This document shows positions 1 through 13,887 of a DNA stretch of 64,000 bases, piece after piece (position 1 is the first letter of the stretch; each line of letters starts with the position of its first letter). The DNA comes from the human T2T-CHM13v2.0 reference genome, Homo sapiens: the NCBI RefSeq assembly GCF_009914755.1, contig NC_060939.1. One strand, written 5' to 3'. A program made the position numbers and the translations under genes. Below the pieces are notes generated by a model. The model did no database searches and had not been told where the DNA came from. It saw nothing but the letters and a program-made list of their open reading frames with translations.

Positions 1-2609
1 ATATCTTCTATGGCAATTTATTTCACAATTACTCTTGTGGAAGCTTTCATGAATTAAATATGAGTTCTGTCTTGAAATTAGGTGTTATAAGGCTAAATTA
101 CAAGAGGCAGGCAGTAATTGAGGTGGCAGCAACACAGGGTCTGGTGAACTAATCTCTTGCCATGTCACATGGCTCACCTTCAGCCAATGAGATGCCTCCC
201 ATCACAAAAACAGAGGCAGCTGAGAAAAATTGATTTCTCATCTGAGCCATATTTGATAGCTTTTGAAATCGAAAATTGAAATTAACTAACCTAAGCCCCG
301 TTGTAACAAAAGAGCAAATTAAATATGCAACATCGTTTCCTATTGGCAGTAAGAGGGCCTGCCAAGGTAAATTTGTAAATAGAGTTTAAGATGCAATTCT
401 GTTCTCTCTCTCTCTTTCTCTTTCAGTGTAAAAGTATAAGTGTATAGTGGCTGTATAAATTATTTATATAAAAAAATCATCAGCTGCAAATGGCCACTGT
501 GGTTAAGGACTTCCATGGAGAAAATGATTGCATTAGGAGAGCTCATTGAATGAATTAAAATTAAAAATCATCCTCAATGATTTGCTCATCTTACCTAAAA
601 TAAAAAGTAGGAATATTTTAAACTTTTTTCCCCTGAACTTTATTTTTTTTCTCTCCCCCCAAACTCAAAGAACAAATCTACCATAATTTACTGAAATTAA
701 AAACAACCACAACCACTGTGGTATAAATTAAACCACCCAACTGTCTTGTAAATAATTGTAAAAATTAATTTTGATTCACTAATTGCTTAAAAAAAACCTA
801 TTACTTCATTGTGTCATATGTGATAGTTTCAAGTCTGACCACTTTAAAATTATTTCCCAAATGGATCCCAGTGATTTGGCAAGTATAACTATTGATTCTG
901 AATGTATAAATATACTAGATCAGATGAAGGAAATAGGTGTCTCAGAGGCTATATCCTAGATAACCCAGGAGTGACAGTTTTTAATTTATTATTTCACCCC
1001 TGCTTGTGCAATAGGCTGTCCAATATAATGTTTCTATCACCACAGAAAGTGTTCGTCCTGACTTTTTATTGCCTGAATTTTTTTTAAGTAGGCAAATTAA
1101 TTTTATATGTTTGAATGATAGGTGATTGAAGATAAAAATCATGAAATCACAGTACAATCCTGTCTTCCTTGTTCAGATCTGTACCGTACATATAGAATTC
1201 AATGACAAGCATAATGGAGGGTATTATACTTAGCCCGCCCGTCAGCCCATAGATCTGGTAAAATCATTTTCTGTTCTAATTTATTATTTTTAGTGTCAAT
1301 CTGACTCTGAGGAGATAAGTAACATCATTAGGTACTGGGATCAACTACTCAGCACTTTTTAAATGCAGTTTAAGTAGTTGTCATTATCTGTACTGGAAGA
1401 CATAGTCAAGGTTCAGAAAGTTTTTCTGTTACATAGAAGTCTTGTTGGAAAGAAAGCCTTAGGAAGATAAAGTCTAAAAACACTACTTTCATTTCCTTTG
1501 TAAGAACCAAATTTCAAGGAGGCACCAAGAGGCCCCATATTACTTCCAAACCATAGGTAATGCCCAGATCTCATTTCTCCCCTGAGCCTCTAACCAGAGC
1601 TCCAGTTGCACAGCTGTGAAGACGGACTCAAGCTGCCCTCATGTTCTTTGCCCTGCTGTTCGCTTTCTATTGATGGTGCTGAGGGAAGGAAACATACCCA
1701 AGTTAAGTAACCCCAAAGGAAAGGAGAAGAAACCAAAGATGGACTCAATCTAGGTACAGGACATTTCCTCCATGAACTTTTTTTACTCAACTTTCTAAAA
1801 AATGCTTTTGTAAATAATATTTTTATTTGTAATAAGTTTCACCCTAGAAAAGTATTGGCTACAGATTGATAATTTGCATTATCCAGCCTTGATACGCTCC
1901 AAATCGTTTTAACCCAATGATCTGACTGAGTTTCAGAAGTAGCACTAATTAGACAGAAATAAGTGGTTTTTGGTTCCATTTTATGGATGATTAATAAGAA
2001 ACAACCATGAAAAATTCTAAATCATAGATTTTAATTGGTCACATTTCCTGTAGTTGGAAATTCAAATTTCTAACTTCATTCAAAGTGCATGGATTTGAAT
2101 CAGTTTTATTTCTTAAAGCTAGAAATCAAAAAGTTTAAATGTTCAAGATCCCATCAAATTTTAAGCATAGAAAGAAATTTATGTACAATTCTTAGTCAAC
2201 TGGTGAGATATTCAAAGTATTTAACAATTGGGGATTTGGACACTGATTATTAAGGAGAGAGGCTAGCTGTAAATAGCTGGCATGGCTGTGGGATTTTGCA
2301 AAGACTTGAAAGCAGCCCTGGATTCAACCAGTATTTATTAAACACCTACTACATGTCAGGATCAATGCTTTGTAATCGCTGCCTTTTTTATATTCTCTTT
2401 CTTGTTTATGCCCTTCACTTTGTAAAATGCTTTGCTAATATCTAGATGCTTTCTCCATGTCTTCCAAAATAGTAGCCCTGTCAAAAAGATGAAGTACTTC
2501 AAAAGCCCTCCCTAGTGGTGAGATTTCAGTGCTTTTAAGTGATTAGAAAACATTCACCTGAAAATTTGGTCTATCATTCATTTCACTGCATTAATTCTCA
2601 CCTCCTTGT

Positions 2610-2760
2610 ACCTTGTTTCTACCTCTTTAAATGGAGATTCTAATACACATGGCCTCGAGTGGTTTTTGGGTTTTGTTTTATATATTAAAGGAGGTCAGAT
2701 TTCAAAGCACTTGCACAGTGTCTGGTCTCTAGCAAGCTCTCAATGAATGGTTGCCACTAA
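2610..2760 (+). mobile_element. MIR SINE fragment (3' part)
   Basis: Degenerate MIR core and 3' end: ...tttaaatggagattctaatac...aaagcacttgcacagtgtctgg...ctcaatgaatggttgcc. Confidence 0.6.
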
Positions 2761-4439
2761 CTTTTCAGAAACGTGGTTATGAGCTCAAAGCAAGGATCTA
2801 AGCAGAGAATGAACAGTAGGCACACTTTTCGGGAGGATTCTTGCTTAAGAAGGAGAGGACAGTAGTACTCTGAGCCTACTACGTGCATTCTTTAAGGGCA
2901 TTTCACATTGATTTAACATCTGATTTAATCCTCACAATAACCCTGAGACAAAGTTACTAGTCTTAAAATGCCCATTTAGGCTAAACTATCAGAGGGTAAG
3001 TAGCCAGGGTTCTAACTAACATCTCTCTAACTCTGTCATATTTTCTTTTTATTAAAAAGCTGTGTCAAATAACTGGTGTCAGACATTGTGCTAGCATCAA
3101 GCAGCTCTAAACATACTCATGAAATATATAGGAGTTCTACATAATGGAGAGCCGGAAGTAATTCTTATCTCATTTTTACAAGTTCTTCTTTTAAGACTGT
3201 CTATATATATATTCATATTGTCATAAATGTATAGTTGTATAGACAAACAGAGTGGATGATCTGTAAGTTTCAGTTAAGTTCTGGAAACAAAGAGATGTTT
3301 AAGGGGGAAATGCCTCTTATGTATATTCTTATATGCATCATTCAGATTTCTTTCTGAAGAAGGTCAGATTCATGCATCTTAAGCTACTGTAAGATTTGAT
3401 AAACACACACTCCAGAGAGTCCTGTACACTCAGGACTCACACCAATCAAATATTTTTTGTTGTTGGTGTTAGGATCTAGTATTTGCACAAGAAGTGTCTC
3501 TTCAAAAACTTTTCTGTATGTTGACTTTTATTTTATTTTGCTTTTTTGCCTAAGTGGATTGAACTTACAGTAACTCAGTGAGTGCACTGTGATACCTATA
3601 GCCTTAGTTTTGGAACACTAAGGATCAAATCTCTTTCTATTTTATGAATCACAGCTTCTTGAAACCAAGTGTCTCCTGAGGTACTGGAGTTATATCTGAA
3701 AAGAAGTTGGCTATGTCTCCTGTTCTCATCGTTTCTCTCTCTCCCTCTCTACTGGTGAATACAGACAAAGAGGCAGCTATTATGATATAATATGGCACAC
3801 ACAACACTGGAAATAAACGGGAGGTGTCATGGGAGCATCTAGAAGAGATAACTCACCTGAAACTGTGAAATCAGAAAAGTAGTGCTTTCTCTGCTGAGAT
3901 CTGGAGACTGAGAACCAATTATTCAGGTGATGGAGGTGGTGGTGATGGATGGGGCAGGCTCAACACCAGGGCTCAAAGCTGAGCAAGCAGCACATGCAAG
4001 GGCCAAGATATCAGTAGAGAGCATGGCCCAGTACCAGAACCCAAAGTCAGTAAACACAGCTAGAGCACAGGGTGTGTGAACTAGAGGGCAGAAACTGAGA
4101 TGAGGTTGAAGAAAACGGCAGAGGCCATATTATACCTGTCCTCCATGTCATGTTCAGGAGGACAGTTAGAGACCTTTAAGGCATTTTGAGTAAGAGAATG
4201 GTGTAACGGGAATATTCCCCAATTGCTGTGTATGTTAGAGGCTATCAGACAAGCGGCAGGGAAGATGGTTAGGAAGCTGTCGGCAGCAATTCAGATATGA
4301 CATGGCAAGGTTCCACTGGGGTCATTCTGGCTTTAGAGATGGTGAAAGTGGAGAGATTTTTGATAGATATTCAGGACTTGGTGATAAATTGGCATGTAGG
4401 GGCAAGTATGGTTAAAATAAAGACTGAAAGATAATAACT

Positions 4440-5500
4440 AACTCCTGCACACCAATAATAGAAAGATAATCCAGAAGAAAAATAGGAAAGAGAGAGGAAT
4501 TAAGGAACTCATATGAGAGGAAACATGAGGGGCCAAAAAACATATGAATGCAACCTCAGCCTCACTTTTAATCATAGAACTGTACACTACCACCAAAATG
4601 AGATACCATTTTGCACCCATCAGATGGGCAAACACTAAAAAATCTGACAACGCCGCACATCAGTGAAGGCGTGAGTAAAGAGCAGCAGGCATTCATACCT
4701 GGTGGGAGTCGAAATTGGTGTCACTTTGGAGACCAATTTGGCATAATCTAGTAAAGCTGAAAATATGTATGTGTTCCATCTAGAAAATCTACTTCTAGGT
4801 GTGTATCCTGGAGAAAATCTTACTCTTGTGCAAGAGCAAATGCGTAAACATATGCTCATTCTAGTATTGTAGCGTACAGGTGACTTGCATGTGTAATTGT
4901 ATTGTAAAATTTTAGACAACATAAACATCTCTTGGGCCTGGAATGGATAATCACATAAGGTATATTTATATGATGGAATATCACACAGCAACTAAAATTA
5001 ATGATTCAAACACTGGCGTTCCAACATGGATGGTATTCAAATAATGTTGAGTTGAAAAAAGACCAAACAATAGTATTACGCCAGTAAGACACCATTTGGT
5101 TAACACTCTAAAAGATGTCAAAGAAGATGGTATATTGAGTATGTTGTATGTATTGTCTTGATTATGTATATATTATAAATGTGTAATAGAACTATAGAGG
5201 CATGGACTGAAAAGACACAGGCCAAATTTATCATGTCAACTCATACTGGACTCAACCAGTATTTAATATGCACAGTATTTGTTAAGCATTTATTAGTGGC
5301 TGAATCTGGAGAGTGAAGGAGAAAGAGAGGAGAATGTGCTTGGAAAAGCAATGGAGTGAGGTATAGAGGTAGTTTCGTTGTGTTTATTTATATTTTATTG
5401 GAGAAATAATGGTATGCCTTTGTTAATTCTTGGTGGTGAATACAAGGATTTATGTGCTATGACACCAAAATTAGATGCCTGCCGAAAAATTGTCTATAAA
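4440..5500 (+). mobile_element. Old L1M (L1MC/ME-type), ORF2 3' end and 3'UTR
   Basis: aaaatgagataccattttgcacccatcagatgggcaaa...aattggtgtcactttggagaccaatttggcataatctagtaaagctga...gatggaatatcacacagcaactaaaa resembles the L1 ORF2 3' region. Confidence 0.8.
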
Positions 5501-5676
5501 TTTAGAAAGAATGTAAGTGATGTGAGATTAATTATGTGGGATTGTTGGGGAAAAAAGGCTGATTGAAGGAGAGTGTAGGGCAAAGAGGAGGGAAGAAGAA
5601 AAGAGAGGAATTCAGCACTTTTTCAAGAAGTTCCACTTGCAAAGAGAAGAGACATTGCTATAGTTGAAGGGAAGTG

Positions 5677-5679
<3 letters not shown>

Positions 5680-5711
<32 letters not shown>
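5680..5711. repeat. (TG)16 microsatellite
   Basis: Read directly. Confidence 0.97.
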
Positions 5712-5714
<3 letters not shown>

Positions 5715-7766
5715 AAAGAAGAAAGTGTTGGTACATATCTAAATGCTAATGGGTTGAAGTGAGTTCCTGAAGAGGAAACTAGCTGCTTCTTGTTACTGCA
5801 GAAAACATGCTGTGGGTGAAGTCTTGAGCAGAAGGAAGGGCACTTCTCCTAATGGAAGAGCAGAGGAACGAAGGGTTGTGGGCATAAGCACATTAGGGAG
5901 GTGGCAGGATGTTGTGTGAGGCCTCTCACAATGGTGTTTGAATTTATGTCTTTGCAAAGAGAGCAAGAGTTAGCTGAGTTAAAAACTTTAAGCAAATGTT
6001 GGAATTGCTCTTGTGGAGAATGGGAGGAAAACAGGCTGAGTAAGAAATAAAGACTGGCTGGAAGAGTTGAGGACTTGGATGAAATTGGAGATTTTCAATT
6101 TATCACGGCCTCAGTGTCTAGAGTTGTGTGGTCTGCTCCGGCATTGCTCAGCTGAGCAAGTAAACAGTGGAGTGGATCCAGAGCTAAGTTTTTCTAGGCA
6201 GATGGGATGGAAGATCCCGAGAACATGGGGGTTAAGGAAACAACAAACCTTGCCTAACATAATTGCCACTGAATCTCAGATTGATAGAGAAGGAAGTGAG
6301 GTCAGGAGGAGCTGGAAGATGACGGGTAAAATAGAGTCAGGAGAAGGGAGGAAACACTAGTAGTAGGAGAGTTGAATGGTGATCACATAGAAGATGTTGA
6401 GATTTTCATGACTTTAGGATGGAGCAGTTCTTAGTGCTGACATCGTCAGGGGTGTGGTAATCAGAATGGGTGGCAGAGATGGATGAGAAATCAATGGAAA
6501 TAGTTTAAGGAGCTGAGTGGCAAGGGAACCGGCTGTGTGCCCATGAAGATGCTGAAAGCATCTAGGATGATGTTGTCATTTGGGAGGGAATGGACTGTGA
6601 ACCAGATGCTCAGGTCTTGGATGAGTGATGGATAAATAAGTGATGAGGGCAGGACATGTTCTGGCTCAGTCACCTGAGTCTCAGTGGATTGGAGGAGAAG
6701 GTGTCTGGACTTAGTGAGATGGATCAGCAAGTGCATCTTAATTCTAAGGTTCATGAAGGTCTAGGGGATGAGGCAGTCTCCACTTGAGAAGATGGTAAAG
6801 GAACAGTGTCCTTGGGAGGAAGTCAACTGTTAGTGGGGACCATACAATGAAGGAGGCCTGCCCCGAGGTTGAGGATGGCTTGCAGGTTCTAGAACAAGGT
6901 CCCAGAAGGCACAGTGAAACATTTGGCTGGGAAGCAGAGTGGGAGTTTGGGGAAGGGGTCAGGCAGTACAGAATAGGGTGATAATGAAGGTACTGAGCAG
7001 GGAGCTTCCCATCTTGAGCAGTGTGGACCAGGATAGCAAGACCTGGTGCCTTTGAGGCACCATGAATGAATAACTATGGCTTCAAGACTTTCGTGAGAAT
7101 TATTCCAAGCAGTCTTCTTGATACTGCTATCCAGAAATTTGTAACCAGAACCCAGGGACATATTCCAGCAAACATATAACTTTTGTACCATTTAAAAATA
7201 ACAAAGAGGCTTTTCTGTTGTTGTTGATGATAAATTACATATTTGGTGCATTTGTGGGAGGGTGCTGTCACAATGCTTTGAAGCTTAGACCATCAATAGG
7301 ATGTACTCCATCCAGCCCAGAAAGACAGTCATGCCCCGCAGTGGTGTGGTCCAAAGCTATGCAAATCTGCATCCTCCCTAGAATTTTATAATTTGATATG
7401 TTTGCGTATCGGATTTTCTAAAACCAAGTCCCCTCTGAAGGATATTAACAGGCAACAATGAGGATGGTTTCACTTCCTCCCGAGAAGTTCAGGGAAGGTG
7501 AGACCACTTGAGAGGTCTTCACAGTCTTTGTTGATGACATTCCACTTAAACATAGCCCTTTTGCCTGACATGAGGTTTCACTGTGTGAGCCAGCGTTGAT
7601 TGATTTCTGGTTGGCTCTAGTGAATCTAAGCCCTTTAGGTCAGTCTTAAGCATCATAAACTCGTTTTCTTTTCATGAAGATGCATTTTGACTTTAGTGGT
7701 AGAGTCTGCTTTTAGTCAAAGGGACAGAGGAAACTCGCAGCTTCTTGTTGCCACTCTATCTCTCAC

Positions 7767-7795
7767 AAATGAAATGAAATGAAATGAAATGAAAT
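7767..7795. repeat. (AAATG)5+ pentanucleotide repeat
   Basis: aaatgaaatgaaatgaaatgaaatgaaat. Confidence 0.95.
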
Positions 7796-9963
7796 AATAC
7801 CTGCTGTTGTTAGTTCCTAAACTCTACAGATTCAGTCACACTGGCATCCTGGGTTCAGTTCAATGAAATCACTTCCCTGTGACTGGCTTAGAAATCTTGT
7901 GCGCATATATGCTTACCTAAGCTGGACGTTTTCATGGTCTTCCTCCAAAAGGAGAAAATAATCAGAATGCCAGTAATTCTGGGAGGCTTCAAAAATGGTC
8001 ACAGCCATAAAAATCAGAGTGAAGACAGATCTATACCGAGAAAATTTCTGTAGAACAAATTCTGCAGAGAATATTCAGCCACTGGACAAGGTTGATAATT
8101 CTGAGAAGCCTACTGAGGCACTTAATCTTAAAACTGCCAGTGCAGAAGAAGAAAGCACCCTCTGTCCACGCTTGAGATCTTTGGAACAGGTTTTTGCTTT
8201 TTTCCTTTTCCTTTTAATTCTCAATATACAAATGGTTTGTGCAAAAGAGAGCTTTAAAATAAGCAGGGCAGGCCCTCCCAAATAAAAAAAAAATGTAACT
8301 TGATTAGCTGAAACTTTTCTGTGCTTCCAAAGATTAGAACGCTGAAAAATTTCCTAAAAGAATGCTAGTTTTGTTAAAATCTATTTTGATGTATATGCTA
8401 TAAAAATTATACAGGTTTCAGCAGAATGAAGCTTTAAATGGGTTTGCAAATGCCGCGAGAATGGACTTTCTCCTCAACATTTAAACTTTATAAAACCAGT
8501 GTTCTAAGAATCACATGCCTGCACATTTCAATAGTTAATAACTTATTCCCCATGAAGTGAAAATACAGGGAATTTTTCTCAGAAAAGAGTACATTGATGA
8601 AAATATAAAGGAATGGCTTCACAGGAGGACTTCAAAAATAAGAGTTTTGATGTGTTTTATTTCCTCCATCCATAGTGAAGGAGGAATTTGCTCACTTCTG
8701 ACTTTTTCAATCTCCAACATTTTACTCAAATACCTCCAACCCTCTAGCCCCACCACCTTCTCATAGGAATGCAAAGACCCCACACCACCCCCAACACCTA
8801 CAGTGAGAGTTAGCTGCAGGCTACAGTTATATAATATCACAGAAAAAGATTAAGAATTACATTATTGTTGTTGCTGGAAGGCTGTATTATAGCTATTTCA
8901 GAAGAGAGATTTATAGCAGTATTTAATGAATGCAACTAGTTTCGTTATCAGTCAGTAACCATACCCATGTTGTGCATATGGTAAGATTAAATTAAGCCAT
9001 TATAATAACCTTACAAAAGGTGACTATTTGGTGGTGGCAAGTCTGGCTAAATGAAATCGTATTAGCTTGATGCCATGGTATTATTCATTTCGACACAGGT
9101 TGTTGGCCAAGTCTGCCCAAAATGTGCCTTATAATTTTTAGGCATTTCCCTTATTAAGGAACATGGAAAGATCTAGCTTGAGGATGTAGGTATTATTGGA
9201 GTTTATCAATCTCAACCCACTTAGAAATATCACAGGCTCAAACTTGGAAGCATAATTTCTTTGCAAAGTTAACGTTTTCCACCTTTGAACAATTTTCACA
9301 TGTTTATTTTTACTAGGAATTATTTTTTCAGAGATGGTTATATGAAGGGTCATTAGACAGGCTAGCATACCGGAAGTTTCAGAAAGTTAATTCAAAATTT
9401 TAAAGAGTTGCAAAGGAAAAAAAATCAGTCTGGAGCTAGTGAAAAATGATCAACAGATAACCACTGGTTATTTTAAAGGTTTTATGTAATACTGGTTTCG
9501 TAATAAGTCATAAATAATACATGCTTATTACACTGATAATATGTATTATACATATGTATGTATACTATATAATATATATTTAATTCAGAGAGGGAATCTA
9601 GTCTCACTATTAGCAAATTTCAGCAATAAAATATTCTTGGCTATTATTTCCGTTTCCACTGACATTTTCCCAATTATTTACACTGTTCAAACTTGAAATA
9701 ATCTAGGTGAGAAAGGAAAGGTGGTTTTCTCACAATTTTTAAATGAATACCTGAGAAGGTAGGCAGGGTGCCCTTATAATTTGTGTTTTGGCAACCTGAT
9801 TAGACACAATATATTAGTTACGAAAATAAAATCAGGATATTTAGATTTTTCTACTGAGGGAAAAAACAGAGAAATGATATGGCAATATTTCTTAGTCTCA
9901 AGTGTGGATCTTGGCTATTAGATCCTTACACTGCACAGCTAGAAAATTTAAGAATTGTCAACT

Positions 9964-10118
9964 GGCTGGGTGTGGTGGCTCACACCTGTAAACCCCATAT
10001 TTTGGGAGGTCAAGGTAGGAGGATTACTTCAGCATGTGAGTTTGGGACCAGCCTGTACAACAGAGTAAGACTCCATCTCTATGAAAAATAAGACCAAAGT
10101 TAAAAAGATAATTAAAAA
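9964..10118 (+). mobile_element. Free left Alu monomer (FLAM_C-like) with A-rich tail
   Basis: ggctgggtgtggtggctcacacctgt...gactccatctct then A-rich tail; TSD aagaattgtca(a/t)ct at 9950-9963 and 10119-10132. Confidence 0.9.
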
Positions 10119-10465
10119 AAGAATTGTCATCTTATAGCTAGGCCTAGTCACCCCAAATATGGACACTGGCACCCCAAGAGACACATGTTGTAAAGCCGAT
10201 CTTGCAAACAACAGGGTTCAAAGCTTAGCTGAGTACCTCTGGAACATTCTAGCTTTCTTTTTAATTGACTCAGTGTACAAAAGCCACATAAGAGTAGTTA
10301 TAAGCAATAATGCAAGTTACGGATTCATAAAATGAGGCTCCTCTGACGGTACAAGTGTATTGGCAAAGTTCGTTAAGGTCTGGAAATCTCACTTTCTGGT
10401 TTAAAACATCATTTCACTGATGCCCAGACTACTAAAGTCCTTCTGTTATAGTCTCATAGCTGCTT

Positions 10466-10628
10466 GCTTGCCTGCCTCCCTCCCTCTTTCCTTCCTTCCT
10501 TCCTTCTTTCTTCCCACCGTCCCTCCTCCCTCCTTCCTTCCTCCCTCCCTCCCTCCCTCCCTCCCTCCCTCCCTCCTTCCTTCCTTCCTTCCTTCCTTCC
10601 TTCCTTCCTTCCTTCCTTCCTTCTTTTT
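10466..10628. repeat. Compound (CCTT)n/(CCCT)n polypyrimidine tract at the Alu tail position
   Basis: Read directly; lies between the Alu body and its TSD. Confidence 0.95.
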
Positions 10629-10933
<305 letters not shown>

Positions 10934-10974
10934 TAAGATGTGTAGTTATACATCTTCAGGATAATAAAATAAAA

Positions 10975-11075
10975 GTCTCTCTCCCCAACTAGTGTTGCTC
11001 ACCTCTGTATCCTTGCACCTGCCACAGCCACTGCTGCATAGTAGGTGCTCAATAGATGTTCATTATGTGAATGAA
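10975..11075 (+). mobile_element. L2 3' terminal fragment
   Basis: tgctcacctctgtatcc...catagtaggtgctcaatagatgttc...gaatgaa. Confidence 0.7.
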
Positions 11076-13887
11076 AGGATCTGTCAAACAGTTCAAGTGT
11101 TTTCTCATATCTAGACATTCAAACCAGTGGGTTGCTCAAAACGAAAGTCCTCTTTAGGGGTAAATTTGTTAATTGTAAAGTAATGACAATACTTCAAATT
11201 TGTAGAATGTTTTAAAAGAATTTTTTAAAATCTATTTTACTTATGACATTGACTTAGATGAAAGAGGAAGGAGTCTTCAGTAAAATCCCCAAATGTCTTG
11301 TAGTCGGGAATGTTTGCTATAGTCAGTGGAATGTTTCCATCAAACAATTCACTCAGTGTATTTATTTATGTGCATAAAAGGACTCAGTCTGTGAGATCTG
11401 AGAATTCTTTCTGAGCTGGGCCGACAATATGGGTGAAATAAAAAGCGGAAAGCTCTCATGTAAATAAAATGGCTTGTTATTAATTCCTTACTGGATATTC
11501 CTATAAAAATTTAAATGACAAAACAGCATGTCTGTCTCATGGTAAAAAAAAAAAAAAAAATCACAGGTAAATTAATTCAAAGATCACGTGACTTTATTGA
11601 ATGTTTTTCTCTTTTCCTCAAACATCAATGTAATTCCAATTTAAAATGGGCAATTTGCTTGTGAAACAAATGTTATATATCATTTAGAAACTGACTTCCT
11701 AATAATGCCTCTGAGTTTTTCTGTGTTCTGGATATTTAAGTATTTACATATACATTACTAACCCTATTAATTTTACATTGCAATCAGAAGAGGCCTTAAC
11801 TTTTATTTTTAGCTAGAGAATTGCTTCTGCTCCAGGATCCATTTCAAGATAAAATTAATTTTAACCTATTGATAGAAGGATAGAATTTTAAGTCATGTTC
11901 AAATTTTATGTTTTAGCTAATGATTTCTTTATTTCTTCCTCTATATATATAACATGGGGTTTTTTATGTATTTCCACCTTATAGAACCTTTTAAGCCTTA
12001 GCTTAAAGTTCTAAGTACTTATTTTGTCTATTCAAAACTTAATTAAACATTTGTGGAATTTTGTCATAATCTTATAACATGAGAACCCCAGTTAAAAAAA
12101 GACTAAACTTTTGCACCATATTTTCATATGGTGGTTGGTTTGTTATTCATTAAAACAATCCTTTGTTTTTCAGAACTATTTATTAGCAGTCTTGAGTGTA
12201 AGCTCTTTCATATACGTCACATACACAAAATTATATCTCCATATTGTGTTAAAGCTAAAATAAACCTTTAGTATTTTTTTTCCAAAGGTTTAAGACTTAA
12301 AGATTCTGATGTAAATAACCTAAGAATATTCTGCTCGTCCATTGTTGGAAGGGTATTCCATAGGGGATATTGTTAATGTGACTGACAAGTCAATTATATC
12401 CCATTCACAAATGTTTTGATGTCTGCAATATTAATAATACTGCATTGCCCATGAGAAGTGCTACCCTAACTACCGGCATGGAATAGTCACAATAAATGGC
12501 AGCAAATGTAATTCTAACCTCTGACTCCTTGACAAACAGCATGGGTACTCTCTGCCGCTCTGCCTTTAATTTCAGTGGCATCAAAGGAAAACTCAAGCGC
12601 CTCGGAAAATAACTCTAGCCCCGTGTCTCTGATAAAATAAAATGCTTACCCACAGACATAAATTACCATGGAAATAAAAAGAGGACCAAAAAAATTACAC
12701 AGTTTCCTAATGCTCTTAAATCAAAGTAGCAGAGGGAACCGAGAACCATGAGCAGAGCATATGTATTAGGCAGCCTCACTGCTTGGTGAACAATCTTTGA
12801 TAGCTTTAGTCCAACAGGTTTGCTCAGTTGATGATGGGGGAGTGTTATTGATAATTTTCAAGAGCAGAGTATTTTAATAATTATTTCTGTGGATGCTGCA
12901 TGAAAATTTTTGCTGTAGAGACTTTATAAATTAGAATTCAGTCAATAAAAGCCATAACTGTGAGTTTAATAGTCACAAAACTATTGACTTTCTGGGGTTC
13001 TCTGCAGGAAGCCAAATGACAGGCAGCCTCCCACCAACCTTATAAGCCATGATTTGCCTGTCTTCTGCCTTTTCTCCCATTCTCCTTACCTATCTTTCCT
13101 AACTCCCTTCCTATCTTCCTTTCAAACTTCCTTCTTAACTATATGAGATAAACAATTCTCATTAACAATAAACAAACAACATGTGTAAAATTAAAGCCCT
13201 CCTTGACACTCACTCCTTTCTCAGAGGTAACCATTATAAGCAGTGTGTTTTGCATCTTTGTGGTGCAAAATACGAATATATGCGTGTGCATATACACAAA
13301 TAACTTGTGTGTTTTAAATCACTATTGGGATCAAAGTGTACCTATTGTTGCAATTCTAAAATGACTTTAAAATGTTACATAGCAGTACTTAAAGATTTGC
13401 CTAATTCCTTTAATATGCTGCATAATATTCCATGATACAAATATGTCAATTTCTTTGAGTATTCTTTCCTTGATAAAAAATAAATTAAATTGTTTCCAAT
13501 GATTTGCTGTCAACGATAATGCTGTAATGAATATCTTTCTCACTGAGTGCACATGCAAATATTCTCTACAGTTTAAACCAGAAGTGAAATCGTTGAGGCA
13601 ATGAATGCATTTGTAGTTTTACTGGGTGTTGCCATGTTGTTTTCCAAGGGAGCTGTACCAATTCAAGTTTCACCAGTCTCTATGATATTTCTGATTACAT
13701 TACATTACATCCTCTGCAGGTCTTGAGATTGTCAGATGTGCTGATTTTGCAAATCTGATGGATGAAAAATAATACCTCCTCATGATTTTAATCATATTTT
13801 ACTAATTGCCAATGAAGTGGAGCCTGTCTTCATTGTGTGTTGACCTTTAGTGAATTTTCTGTTCAATCTTTGTCCTTAAAAGCAATA

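Larger units (their letters stand above)
3715..7030 (-). mobile_element. Long, old LINE-2 (L2), interrupted by an L1M at about 4440-5500 and a (TG)n repeat
   Basis: Purine-rich text typical of antisense L2 (gggagcatctagaagag, ttttgagtaagagaatggtg, gaagtgaggtcaggaggagctgg) on both sides of the L1M. Confidence 0.65.

Noticed and set aside
343-365. Inverted repeat ttggcag...ctgccaa as an NFI site
   Set aside because: Half-site spacing is 13 nt rather than the canonical 5; a 7-bp stem is expected by chance
1178-1257. Possible 80-nt plus-strand exon
   Set aside because: Stop codons in all three frames and a weak donor (gtaaaa)
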